Below, one piece after another: positions 1 through 18,113 of a DNA stretch of 64,000 nt. Under the pieces are notes generated by a model, which saw only the letters and a list, made by a program, of their open reading frames with translations, was not told the origin of the DNA and did no database searches. The DNA is from Chrysomallon squamiferum (lineage: Eukaryota; Animalia; Mollusca): positions 16,554,001 through 16,618,000 of the forward strand of contig CM022672.1 of NCBI GenBank assembly GCA_012295275.1. Direction: 5' to 3'. The stretch's first letter is position 1. Every line of letters starts with the position of its first letter. Position numbers and translations under genes: made by a program.

Positions 1-111
1 AGCTAAAAACACTGAAGAAGTTAAATTACTATGCATATTATGTAAAACATACATGCTGTCTCTGTTGCTGCACATGGCTTTAATTTGGCATTTATATTGT
101 GTTTGTTTCAG

Positions 112-6662
<6,551 letters not shown>

Positions 6663-9600
6663 TTGTAATGTAATTTATTTTTATCACAAGTATTTATTTA
6701 ATTACAGTACGAAATGGTTTTTACCTGATGCATTTACAATGTGGGGGGGCTGGCAATATGGTAGCATATATGAATGTGATGTTGATTTTAGTTAATGAAT
6801 ACATGTTGATAGACAAATCTTAGAGAGCTCTGTGGTATTAAATAAAAAATATATATATCTATGTATATGTAGATGCTGTTAGTGTCTTTGAATAATATGA
6901 CCACTGGTTGACAGCAAAGATTGTACACACATATCTGATATATAGCAAATATGTAATATGTAGACATTTGTGATAGTATTAGGGAAGTAATTATGCACCC
7001 AAAAGCAATTTAAAATTTGTATTATGAATTAATATTTATTGGTGAGTAAATTCTCTTTATTGATTCTTCAGTAGATATGGTTTTTAAATAAAAATTCTTG
7101 TCTAATTTTGTTTTGCTTTCCTTCACTGAGGAATAATAAGTGTTTTATGTAAGAAATATTATAATGTAAAATTACATTTCAGTTTTATGATTCTCATTAG
7201 TGAATAAAATAGTTTTTGTGAGAAGAATAATTTAGTGTTGTAGAAATTTGTTTCTGTGGTTCAGCTGAGCAGATTCTTCTTTGTTTTGGGGTCCTAATCT
7301 AGTTTGTACACTGTGGAGAAGGTAGTAATCCATTTTATTTTATATTTTTTGGATGGTATATCTTTTACTGCATATTAAAATCATTCATGTTTTCATTAGT
7401 GCAAGACAAAATCATATCTGATGTGTTAACATACTGTTTTCGTGGACTGAAAATAGCTGAAAAGCAGCAAGGCTTATTTTTATAAACAGTAAGTTTAAAT
7501 CGGATCATTTTTATTAATGACTGACTTGACAGGTGGATTCTTATGCAAAGCTTTTTGTTGTCTCAAAAATCTGTGACATTTTCAGTTTTACATGAACATT
7601 ATTATATATTTATTTAAATACTTTTAACATGAGGGCAGGCATTCTTTATCAGATATTTTAATTACTGAAAACTGATCACTGGATTATGGGTCTCATTATC
7701 ATTAAAATGTATATACTGATACTTTGAAAATAATGAATTGTCATGTCTTTTAACTAGTTTTTGGCTGTTTATATATGAATGTATGATAAAATATGTCTAT
7801 TGTATGCGTAACATGACATTTTGTAATTAATACTGTTGAAAATCTATTGTGTATTTTTTGTTAGTCAAGGTTTTGTGGTGCATATTATTTTTCTAAGATT
7901 TTGTTATTGAAACTTTCTGTTTAGGTTATTTATTAACAGAGGTTAAAATCTGAACTGATATACAAACAAAAACGTCTTGTTCTAAGTATTGTCAAATAAT
8001 AAAATTAAAGCAGGATTGCTTTGGTTTAAAGCCTCTTTATAAATGATAGTCCGTGAATAACTCATGTACCTGATAACTGTTTGCCCCAAAATAACTTCTT
8101 GTTTTTAATAAATACTAGCTCACAAACAACCTCTTGCTGCTAACAAATTCTGGCCTGTCAGTAATCTTTTGACTCTGATAAATTCTAGAACCAAATAACC
8201 ATTTCTTTTTGTTCTAATAAATGTCAAAAATAAGATGGTGATAACAAAGTGATGGTGTTAATGTCTATGTCATTACATGAATGGAGCATATTAATATTGA
8301 AACTGCCAAACATTTGTTGTTTAATCAGTCAGAATTAAAATTTTTAAGTTTTATTAACAGTTTGAAATTAAAGTTTAAATATGTTGTATTCTTTAAAAAA
8401 AAAAAAAAAAAAAAAATTAAAAATTGTTTAATGAACATCTGGTTTTTATTAGAATAAATATTGTATATAGTGAAAACTAAAGGTTTAAAACAAAACAGAA
8501 ATGGCAGATCATTTTTAAATACACGATAGAAAATATTTTCAAGAGGGAACCAAAAGGCTGTAAAATTTGTTTAAGACCTAAAAACATGGATTTTGCATTT
8601 TCTGTCATCAACATTGGTTATAGTAAGTCCACTCTTTGTTTTGTTTATACTGACAATATAATAACTACTGACAGGAAATCAGTTCCCATTCATTATCTCA
8701 ACAGTTAACAAATACTTTGTTACATCTTCAATATCTTTCTATCTTTCACAGCTAGAATTAAGAGCAAAAACAAACCCAATGATCATTCCTTTGGAAATTT
8801 TTGTAATACTAGTATTTGGACAAATTATTATGATTTTTTACTGGTTATTTATTTTTTTTTTTTTTTTTTTTTGGTTTTTTTCGTTTTATGGTTAAAATCT
8901 TTAAAATGTATATAAATTGTTTGCATGTATTTTTTCTGTAAAAATCTATTAACATTTGAGGAGAGATTTAAAGCAGTAGGTGTTGTACATTGTGTTTAAG
9001 TAATGATTATTTATTTACTTTGTCCATTTACATTTTCTTTGGTGGTTTTACTGAATCACATGAATAACAAGTTAAATTTAATATTGAAAATGTTTATATC
9101 TGTGATTTTTACCTGTGTTTTCACACAGCTTGTATTATTCCATTTGTCAATTTTAATTTTATTGTGGGGGAAAAAATACTGCCCTCCAAATTAATATGTG
9201 ATGTGTTTTATGTCTATTCTTGTTAATGCAATATAGGACATCATGTTAATAAATCTGTAATACTGAGCTCATTTGTTTTTTGTTCAAATTTTTTTGTTTG
9301 CGTGCATGTGTGTGTGTGTAAAACAGCTCTAGATTACATAGCTTATTGTTGTTTAAAAAATAACAAACATAGACTGAAAAACATATTAAAATGTAAACTT
9401 TCTAAAAGTGACCCCAACCTACTAACAGTGTTATAGAAATTAATTACAGTTTGACCATGATTCGAGAATACTTCTACAGTCAGAATATTAAAGAACAAGT
9501 ATGTAGGGTCAAATTCCACCATTTCATACAAGTGTCCCGAACTTCCTATCCGGACAGTAAGTTTTGATTACCGGCAATAGAGGTACGTTTTTGCGCGAAA

Positions 9601-10223
9601 ATAATCGTTAAGTTATGAGAAAAAAAAAAAAAAAAAAAAAAAAAAATGTCTTTCTTTCTTTTTTTCTTTTTCTTTTTTCATTCAAATTTATTGATATTGT
9701 TGTTGTTTTGCTTTCATTATAAAATACCCTGTCCGGTGATAAAGGAGCTTATTTCTTTCCTCAAACGGTCTCGAAGTAGCCATCTAGCCCTATCCAGCCC
9801 TGTTCGGCCCAACCAATCCTAAAAAAAAAAAAAAAAAAAAAAAAAAATTCATATAATAATAATATTAAAGTAAACTGTGGTTTCTGAAGAGACGTTACTG
9901 TGATATGTGGAAGTGCTGTATTTTTTATATATATTTCGTATCATATCGAAATAAACGTAACCTGTTGACCTTATATTTTAACACCTGAATAACTGGCCTT
10001 CGGGTTTGTTTATTTACAACAGCTAAATAAAATGATAACAAAACAAACTGATGTTCTGATAACATTTTATTGAACTTTGGCACCGTCATTTGAAATTTAA
10101 CATACCAGTAAAAATACAGTACTTTATGTCGTATCTGTTGTTTAGATAAAGCATAAAGTAGATAAACTAACATGTGCATAACGAATGTAATATATAATTA
10201 TTTCGGAATTGATTTTAAAATAA

Positions 10224-10264
<41 letters not shown>

Positions 10265-10742
10265 TAAATAAATAAACTAATAAATAAATAATAAAACAAA
10301 ACAAAACAAAATAAAATACAAAATTCTAATAAATAAATAAAATTACAGGCTTTAAAAAATATCTGGACTAGTCATTTATTCAAAGTGTAATACTGAAAAC
10401 TTAATTTAACGGACAGCATGAATGTAAAATGATGACATTGCAATTTTAGCAATTTTAACATATAATATATGAAATATTTAACTTAGAAGTTAACAGTTAC
10501 ATTCAGTAAGCAATCATACGAACACAAAATAAGCATTAGATGATATAATTTATCCTAGTATAGTAAAAATGATACAAAGATTAAGCCCCCACATTTTTTC
10601 CCTTCAAACGAAGTCCGTTAAAACGAAAGTACACCATTTAGATTCTGACCTTTCAGTGTAATTTTATTACTATAATAATAATTATCGAAAGTAACATAAA
10701 CAAATAAATACAAAATTTTAAAATTAGTGTATAAATATGCAT

Positions 10743-10792
<50 letters not shown>

Positions 10793-11109
10793 GCATAGCC
10801 TTTATAAAATATAAAAAGCAGCATTATTCTGTTCCTTTGTTAAACTTTCACTATATAACACTATTTATAGAAGTGTAATCGTTCCACTCATTCAGCCTGT
10901 ACTGGCTAACGTAAATATCTGCAGTCTGATTATCGATTTAGCAGCTGATCTAATATGCAAAGGTTACCAATCCGCAGTGCAATCTTCGCGTCTGTTTTGC
11001 TTCAGTTGTTAACGGGATATTATTGTCAGTAGGACAAACTAGAGGCGAGCTGTTGTGCAGTTATTTTCTTTCTTCTCGAGTTCATTTATCAAAAAAAAAA
11101 AAAAAAAAA

Positions 11110-12213
11110 ATGGTGTCCGAAAGAAATAAACACAGTGTAGTTTTAAAGGAAGATGAATTATCAAGAAAAATTTCTCATGAAATTACTACCAAGGGCGAAA
11201 TCGAGATACATGATTACGTGAATTTAAAGAAGTTGCCAGACTTTGCTGTTTTAAATGCTCAAGTGTCCACTCTGGTTAACCAGTGTTCGTGGTGGGAGCT
11301 ATACGGAGTCGACTGGCTAATAACAGTTCAAGGAATTCTTGGAGCTTTCATAGCCTACTGGCTTATGGGTCAAGAATCGATTTTCTCTTTTGGATGTGGA
11401 ATGGTAATTCTTGGAATATGTCATTCTGTTTTATCTACGAAAGCAGGACATCTTGCGGCCCATGGAGCTATATGTGCGTCATCTTCTTGGAATTATTTTT
11501 GGACAGTATTCTTTGTAGAGTTAATAGGAACTTTCTCGGCGGAGTCGGCTTTAGATATACATATCAAAAATCACCATCCTCATACTAATATTATAGGCTT
11601 GGGAGATTCAAGTACCTTCAGAATGCCAGTGATACCTTGTTTTCTATACATGTTTGTCGCACCTTTCAGTGTGCCGGTGCTTATCCCTATTGTCGGTGTG
11701 CAAAGTTTGTGGCGCAAATGGTCAAAATTAATAAGAATGTTGGTAATAGCTACACTGGGATTTTCAGCAAATGTATACTTCATGATGGCAATTTCTGGTC
11801 TTTCTTTTTGGCAGGCTTTTGTTTGCACTTTTGTCAGTAGGTCGATTATGGGACTGCCATATATACATGTCAACATTTTCCAGCACATTGGTTTGCCTAT
11901 GTATTCAAGAACCAACCGGCCTAAAAGAATATATCAAATGTCAACAGCAGTTCTTAATCTACCTCGTAATGTCATCCTGGATCGCGCTTTTGGCCATAGC
12001 ATCGTTAGCTGTCATGTTGAACATCATCTTTTCCCGCGTCTTAGCGACAACATGTGTCTTAAAATCAAACCGCTGGTGTCTTCATTTCTGAAAACGAACG
12101 GACTACCATACAACGAAGACACCTATTTAAATCGACTGAAGTTATTCGTCAGCAAATATGGGGAACTGATGGTTAATGCTCCACCAATAACACATTTTGT
12201 CGGCCTGCAATAA
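11110..12213 (+). CDS. FADS6: Fatty acid desaturase 6-like membrane desaturase, single-exon CDS, 367 aa
   Basis: First ATG at 11110 (the track ORF starts at an upstream TTG). Three His boxes HLAAH, HIKNHH and HVEHH, plus HPHTNIIGLGDSS, HVNIFQHIGLPMYS and HHLFPRLSDNMCLKIKP typical of FADS6. No cytochrome b5 domain. Confidence 0.92.
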   Translation: MVSERNKHSVVLKEDELSRKISHEITTKGEIEIHDYVNLKKLPDFAVLNAQVSTLVNQCSWWELYGVDWLITVQGILGAFIAYWLMGQESIFSFGCGMVILGICHSVLSTKAGHLAAHGAICASSSWNYFWTVFFVELIGTFSAESALDIHIKNHHPHTNIIGLGDSSTFRMPVIPCFLYMFVAPFSVPVLIPIVGVQSLWRKWSKLIRMLVIATLGFSANVYFMMAISGLSFWQAFVCTFVSRSIMGLPYIHVNIFQHIGLPMYSRTNRPKRIYQMSTAVLNLPRNVILDRAFGHSIVSCHVEHHLFPRLSDNMCLKIKPLVSSFLKTNGLPYNEDTYLNRLKLFVSKYGELMVNAPPITHFVGLQ

Positions 12214-13576
12214 AAATGCTTCAGACATTTAAAATTTACGCAAGACTGGGATATTAAAGACAAATTAAAACAAAGAAAAAACGAAAAAGCTTTAAAAAAC
12301 AAAACAATAAAAGAACAACAAAAACAAGATGTAATAAGGAAAGAACTGACAAATACAAAAGATTTACTTTATTATTTTTGTTTGTAACAAATTATTGAAA
12401 TCTATACAAAAAAATACCATATACATCGAATTACTATAAATATGCATGACATAATTTTTTAAATTTTATATTTAATTAAAGTTTGTTTAAATAATAAGAT
12501 ACATATTATATTGGTTTCATCATCTATTATATATTACCGAGATTTGTATGTATATTCTTGCATCATAATTTGTCATGATTAAATAATTTCACGTTCGCAT
12601 TGTTACGCAATCAATGTATTTAAAGTGCGGGTTCTGCAGTCTGTATTGTCTCTTCATAAAGTCACGTATTTTAAAACTAATTTCAGGCATTTAAAAGCCA
12701 CATTCTTAAATTACTTAAAAATTATCCATTATTTCTCTACCTACATGCAATTATATTTTTCAGAATAAATGTTTTATGTAAATTGTCGGCAATCACCGTG
12801 CCGTTTACGATAAGCAACCAGAAATCTTTACATTAATCTTTAATTACCATGATCTTTGATATATCATGCAATCGTGATTCACTAGGTATTAATACCGTCT
12901 CTTACTAATGCATAAAATAAAGCAAGAAAACTATAATGGTTAAAATACGTGTCGCCAAATATATAAAATACCCAACAATACACTCTGTTAATATACATTA
13001 TTTATTATTTTTGTTTTAATAATTCTGGTAAATGTCACGCGTTCATTGATCCACGCTTATTAGTATAAATGATCACGTTTATTTTTTAGTGTATGGTTTC
13101 AGTTAGGTTTAACATTTTGTTATAAACGCAATTAATACAATATCGTTAATTCTTGTACTATTTAAAATAAAATTAACATGCACTATTGTTGTTGTTGTTA
13201 ATTTTATTTATTGTTTTTTTTTTTGTTTTTTTGAATTAATGTACATATATATTTTTTATAAGTATTTTCGTTTCTTAGGAATATGAGCAATTGTTTTTGT
13301 GCATTACGCTGGGTTTTGTTGCTGTTGTTTTTTTATTTCATTTGCTAAATTATTTCAATACCAGAACATTTTAATTTGTGCTTCTTAAAACGTTTTATAT
13401 GAGAATAATATCAATACTTTTCCATCTGTTACAGATTTGCAGGAATCACACACACACACACACACACAAACAAACATGACAGAAAATAAATAATTATTAA
13501 TATGTGAATATATATAATAAATTAAGAAAAATTAAAATAAAAATAGAACAAAAATGATATGGAATGTTATTTAATA

Positions 13577-14932
13577 TTAAAGAATAAAAACTTTGCCCTG
13601 AACAACTAGAGATGAACCTGGTTTACAGGCTGGTGGTAATCTTGATATCATGGCTTTGGGCTTCTGATGTGTCTCAGACATATAACCCAAACACATACTG
13701 CTTGTTGTGTGACCCCATAAAATCTCAATGCTTCTTTTGTCTGAAATGTTTGTGGGCTCATCAGAAGTAATTCTATTTTCAACAACTAAGCCCAAGATGC
13801 CAGCATTTTTTTCCTGATCATTTTTCAGAAATTCAGATTTTAGAAAACAGTCGTCAAGCACATTTCTAAATGTTAGAATACCATCATCATTTTTCTGTAG
13901 TGCATCACCACATTGTTTAGAAAGAAGTGTTTTCATCAACTGCTCACCACAACCAGAGGTAGCTACAGCAACACCAGGCTTGTTATTTTCTAAACCATTA
14001 TGTGCCCAGCAGCCTGCACCATACACTGCTGCAGGTCCTAATCTTCCCATATGTTTCAGCCATATCCCACCACTAGATACAGCTGCTGCAACATTGCCTG
14101 CATGGTCAACACAAACAGCACCAACAGTGTCTTGAACATCAGTGATTTGTGCTTTTGTATTGTTAACATTAGACTTTTGTAAATTACAACATTCGCCCAC
14201 GTCCTGTACAGTGGTATTTTCTTCTTTAAGCAATGATGGATATTCAGATGTACAAGAATGATTTTCTTTGGAGGATGAACTCTTGTGAATATTTTGATAT
14301 AAAGTCATATTTTTTGATTCGTCAAAATCTATTTCTAAATTTTCTGCATTGACCACCTCTTTGAAACTGCTGTCTAGTTTGTTTTTCTTATTTACAATAC
14401 ATACTTCAACATTTTCTAATTTTCTTTTATATTTATTATATATTTTTCTGGCAGTGCCAGTGATTAAATATTCGTCATCTACGCATTGCAAGCCATTTTG
14501 GGATGCCCAGTAATATGCACCTTCTCCAACCATCACACTGGGAGGAATTCTTCCAAGGGAAAGAAGACCCTTGTTCTGCATCACTACAAGCTTGTGAGCT
14601 ACCTCCACAGGATTTTTAACTCCAGAAACACTACCTACTGCACCAAAAGAAAGTGATGCCCCATCCATGACTCCTGCATCACATTCAACCTGTCCTTCTA
14701 AAGTGAGATTGGAACCTAATCCAGCATTTGTACATGGACTGTCCTCCAGAGACTTGACTGCCTCTTTGACTGCTTCAAGTGCATTTCCCCCTGACCTTAG
14801 ACAATTCATTGCAATACTGCAGGCTAATCTACATGCAGCTAGATATTTATCTTTATTATTTACTGCATGATAGCCAGCTCCTGCATGCACAGCTATGAAT
14901 GATTTCTGCTCTGAATTATCTGAATTTAACAT
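13577..14932 (-). CDS. TASP1: Threonine aspartase 1 (Taspase-1), single-exon CDS, 451 aa
   Basis: Type-2 asparaginase/Ntn-hydrolase motifs FIAVHAGAG, LEDSPCTNAGLGSNL, ECDAGVMDG, autocleavage D|TVGAV (Thr codon 14128-14126), SSGG..KH.GRLG.AA.YGAGCWA, TSGCGEQL, WGHTTSSMCLGY. First ATG at 14932; the track's upstream GTG start lies in a pyrimidine tract/acceptor. Confidence 0.95.
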   Translation of the reverse strand: MLNSDNSEQKSFIAVHAGAGYHAVNNKDKYLAACRLACSIAMNCLRSGGNALEAVKEAVKSLEDSPCTNAGLGSNLTLEGQVECDAGVMDGASLSFGAVGSVSGVKNPVEVAHKLVVMQNKGLLSLGRIPPSVMVGEGAYYWASQNGLQCVDDEYLITGTARKIYNKYKRKLENVEVCIVNKKNKLDSSFKEVVNAENLEIDFDESKNMTLYQNIHKSSSSKENHSCTSEYPSLLKEENTTVQDVGECCNLQKSNVNNTKAQITDVQDTVGAVCVDHAGNVAAAVSSGGIWLKHMGRLGPAAVYGAGCWAHNGLENNKPGVAVATSGCGEQLMKTLLSKQCGDALQKNDDGILTFRNVLDDCFLKSEFLKNDQEKNAGILGLVVENRITSDEPTNISDKRSIEILWGHTTSSMCLGYMSETHQKPKAMISRLPPACKPGSSLVVQGKVFIL

Positions 14933-15533
14933 ATTTGTGCTAATGTCCTCTGACAATAAAACAAAGCTTGTCACAGTTCAATGAAAGTTGTCATAATAAA
15001 AATAAAAATAATAATAATAAAATTTTAAGTATTTTTTATGGCAATACAAAACCAACAGGAATGTGGGTTCTATTTTGCAAAGACGGTTTGACAGAATTTT
15101 TATTTAAATTGATATGAAAAAAAGAATTAAATATTCATTGACATGTAATCTTTAACTATATGACAAATAACTAAATATTTTAAACTGGAGAATCTAATAA
15201 ACATGCGAATAAAACTGGCATATTTCATAAACCAAACAATAAACAGTATATAAATATTCAAAACATATTGTTAACATAAAAATGCTATTAAAATTTAAAA
15301 TACACAACATGTAAAAATTAACAGATAACCTAACAGCTAATACATGATTGATTAAGAATGAAAATGAAAATAAACCTGAGGCAAGTCTGTTTCACTGAAT
15401 CAACTAAACACACACTGTGACATTGTCAAAGCCAAAACAGTTTAGTGGATTTAATTCCAGCAACAGAAAATTTATCTTTGTGAAATAGTCTTTTAGGTTT
15501 AATAGTTCTAGTTATCTTTCAAAAGGTTTTTTC

Positions 15534-17221
15534 CTAGTGCCTGATGTGATTAATATGTCCCTGAAAGAAAAATGTTTATTTATTAGTATCACTGTCATTT
15601 TTTAAATCTTTTTTAACAGTTATCTGAGTTATTTAGCTGGTAAAATATTACATCTGATCAAACTTTATTATATTCCAGTCCTGATGTCTTTTTAAAAATA
15701 TAACACACATAATTAAAATTAAAAAAAAAAATATATATATATATATATTTAAGTAAATAATTTTTAGTAAAGTTTAATAAATTGTTATGAAATGTGTACA
15801 GCCACTTTAAATTATGATGTTTCATGAATCAATTAAGTATATAGTTAAAAGCATTCAGTAATTATTTACCAATTCAAAATAAAACAAATACCATAAATAA
15901 ATATATTTCAGACCCTGCTGATCTAAAAAAATAATAATAATAAAAAAAATAAAAATAAAAACTAATAAACAAAAAATATTAATTTCAGTGAAATAAAACA
16001 GATTGAAGTAATACACCTACTGATTCCCCAGCCCTACATCTGTGACATTCTATCTGTACATTTCCTTGACTAGTCTGTAACAAAACAAAATTCTGGTCAG
16101 GTACTGCAGAGCTGGAAACTGAGTTGCCAATCTGCATAGGCTGAAAAACAAACAAAACGTAAGTGATAAATGCAGCCAGTTACAGAAAAATAGCCAGTTA
16201 CTTTGAAATGTGTAAGATAATAGCAACTAAGGATTTCTGCCAAAAAGAGTAGCAGAAAGATACATTACTAATTTGTGCCTCATTTACTTGATCTTTGAAG
16301 TAAGCAAATTTCAACAAATTTGTGTTTATCTGTAACACAAGTAACTGTCAATAAATACCAGTTAAAGTATTCATTTGGTCTCACATACAAAACGTTTCAT
16401 TCATTTATTTGCTAATAACATGATATACTATGATATTCTTGTGGATAACTTTAACATCATTTACCAGAAAGATATTTTAAAATTAATTAGAAAGACTGAG
16501 TATATCATTTGCAAACATTTACTAGTGCCTCAGCTCATCAAGGATTTTTCACATTTATTTTACAGAATGACATCATAAAAAGCATCCTTAATGCATACGT
16601 TCTACTATTTCTTTTTGTCTTAGCATAGGTTGGTTGCCAGAAATAAATAAAACATTAAACTGGAATTGTATAAAACCAGTCAAGGCTCTCAAGATATGAA
16701 AGGTTCACTTCGAAAAGATTTGATCCCCAAAATATTAGGATGTTAGAAAAAAATATTAACAATTCATTGAATGAATGATTAAAATACCTGAGGTACTTCT
16801 TCCTTTTTAACACCTATTTTGTTTATTACACATTCAGGTGGGAATGGTTCATTAGTTTTGACTACTTCTGCAGCAGGATGTGCAAACAAAGTGCTCGAGT
16901 TCGATATATACTGCCGTTTCTGAAATATATGTTATAATAAATAAATAAATAAATAGATAAATAATAATAAAAATAAATAAATAAAAGATAAAAAATTCGA
17001 AAGAAAAATCCGAAAAAAATATATCGTGTTAGCAGGCCAAATAAAAGACCTACCGTCGGTGATATCTTAAGTGTAAAATGGTAAACACTCGGCGCCAGCG
17101 CTCCTATCGAGCGTTTGGGCCTTGGCCACTAATTTTAACGAACCACTTTTAATTCATTTATGTAGACAACAGAAGCTTCGCATCTTCGAACATCAAGGTA
17201 TTTTCTTTTTCGTTCCAACAT
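15534..17221 (-). CDS. Small uncharacterised C10orf143-like protein (~122 aa) with C-terminal CxxC-x6-HxxH motif; not in the ORF track
   Basis: Minus-strand phase-0 exons: 17221-17144 (MLERKRKYLDVRRCEASVVYINELKV), 17065-17054 (ISPT), 16919-16788 (KRQYISNSS...KKEEVPQ), 16140-16021 (PMQIGNS...QIECHRCRAGES), 15560-15534 (GHINHIRH*). The last three have clear TTTCAG acceptors; the 16919-16788 and 16140-16021 exons end in GT donors. The C-terminus CHRCRAGESGHINH resembles the human C10orf143 end (CPRCIAGESGHFSH, from memory). The first two exons are less certain. Confidence 0.75.
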
Positions 17222-18065
17222 GTTGTCTGGGTAGTTATTCACGTAGCAACTTTCATATTTGAAACAAATTTAAGATAACAATACCAGTAGAGTAAGGACT
17301 TGACTGGTATCTTCTTTTGGCACGATAACTGCTGAAGCGCAATAACAGCCGCTACCAGTTTGTACCAGGGAGAAACGAAGGGACACATTAATTAAGAACA
17401 GATTAATCTTCACAGGACAACCTTTGATGAACTGTGTTCAGAAAATTATCATTAAATGTTGGCATGACTATAGCTGAAAATTATTAGAAGTTGCAGCCGG
17501 TTTTATAATAATAATAATAATAAAAATAAATAACTACTGTCACGAACAATGACACAGAACAGTACCTGCACACGTACCTTATTTTAACAAGAACATTGTG
17601 AACAACAATTTGACGAAGAAAACTGCTTGTGTTTGTGTATGTCTATATATGTATATAATAAAATGAAATACAATATACTACTAATAATTTAAAAAAATAA
17701 AGTAGCGTTTTTTGGGTGTTTTTATATTTTTTTGTTTTTGTTTTTTGTTGTTTACTTTTAGTTGTAACGCAATTGCATATTTAATTGCTATATGGACAAT
17801 ACAATTTAAATAAAAACTAGCCTGAATGCGGATCTTTTCTGTATGGATTAATCGAACACTAAGCAGCTTGCTAATTATATATACAAAGGCAAACCTAACA
17901 TAAAAGCAAAGGAATTACTTCTAGCTGTTTTGTTTTTGTTTGTATACATACATACATACATACATACACACATACATGCATACACATACATGCATACATA
18001 CATGCATTCATACATTCATATATCATTATATGTGTGTTTTATTTATTTATTTATTTATTTATTTA

Positions 18066-18113
<48 letters not shown>

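Noticed and set aside
11023-11109. N-terminal extension of the FADS6 ORF from TTG 11023
   Set aside because: Non-ATG start and a poly-A-encoded Lys run; the first ATG at 11110 is more plausible.
11283-12091. Alternative-frame and antisense ORFs overlapping FADS6 (likewise over TASP1 and TRPM exons)
   Set aside because: Expected shadow ORFs of real coding sequence with no recognisable motifs.
14933-14974. TASP1 extension from GTG 14974, or in-frame fusion with the upstream small gene
   Set aside because: The segment contains the pyrimidine tract and acceptor; upstream coding exons are phase 0 whereas fusion needs phase 1.
17129-17137. Stop-codon readthrough or frameshift recoding at TAA-AAT-TAG in the C10orf143-like first exon
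   Set aside because: Two different stops close together with no recognisable recoding signal; a short GT-AG intron explains it more simply.
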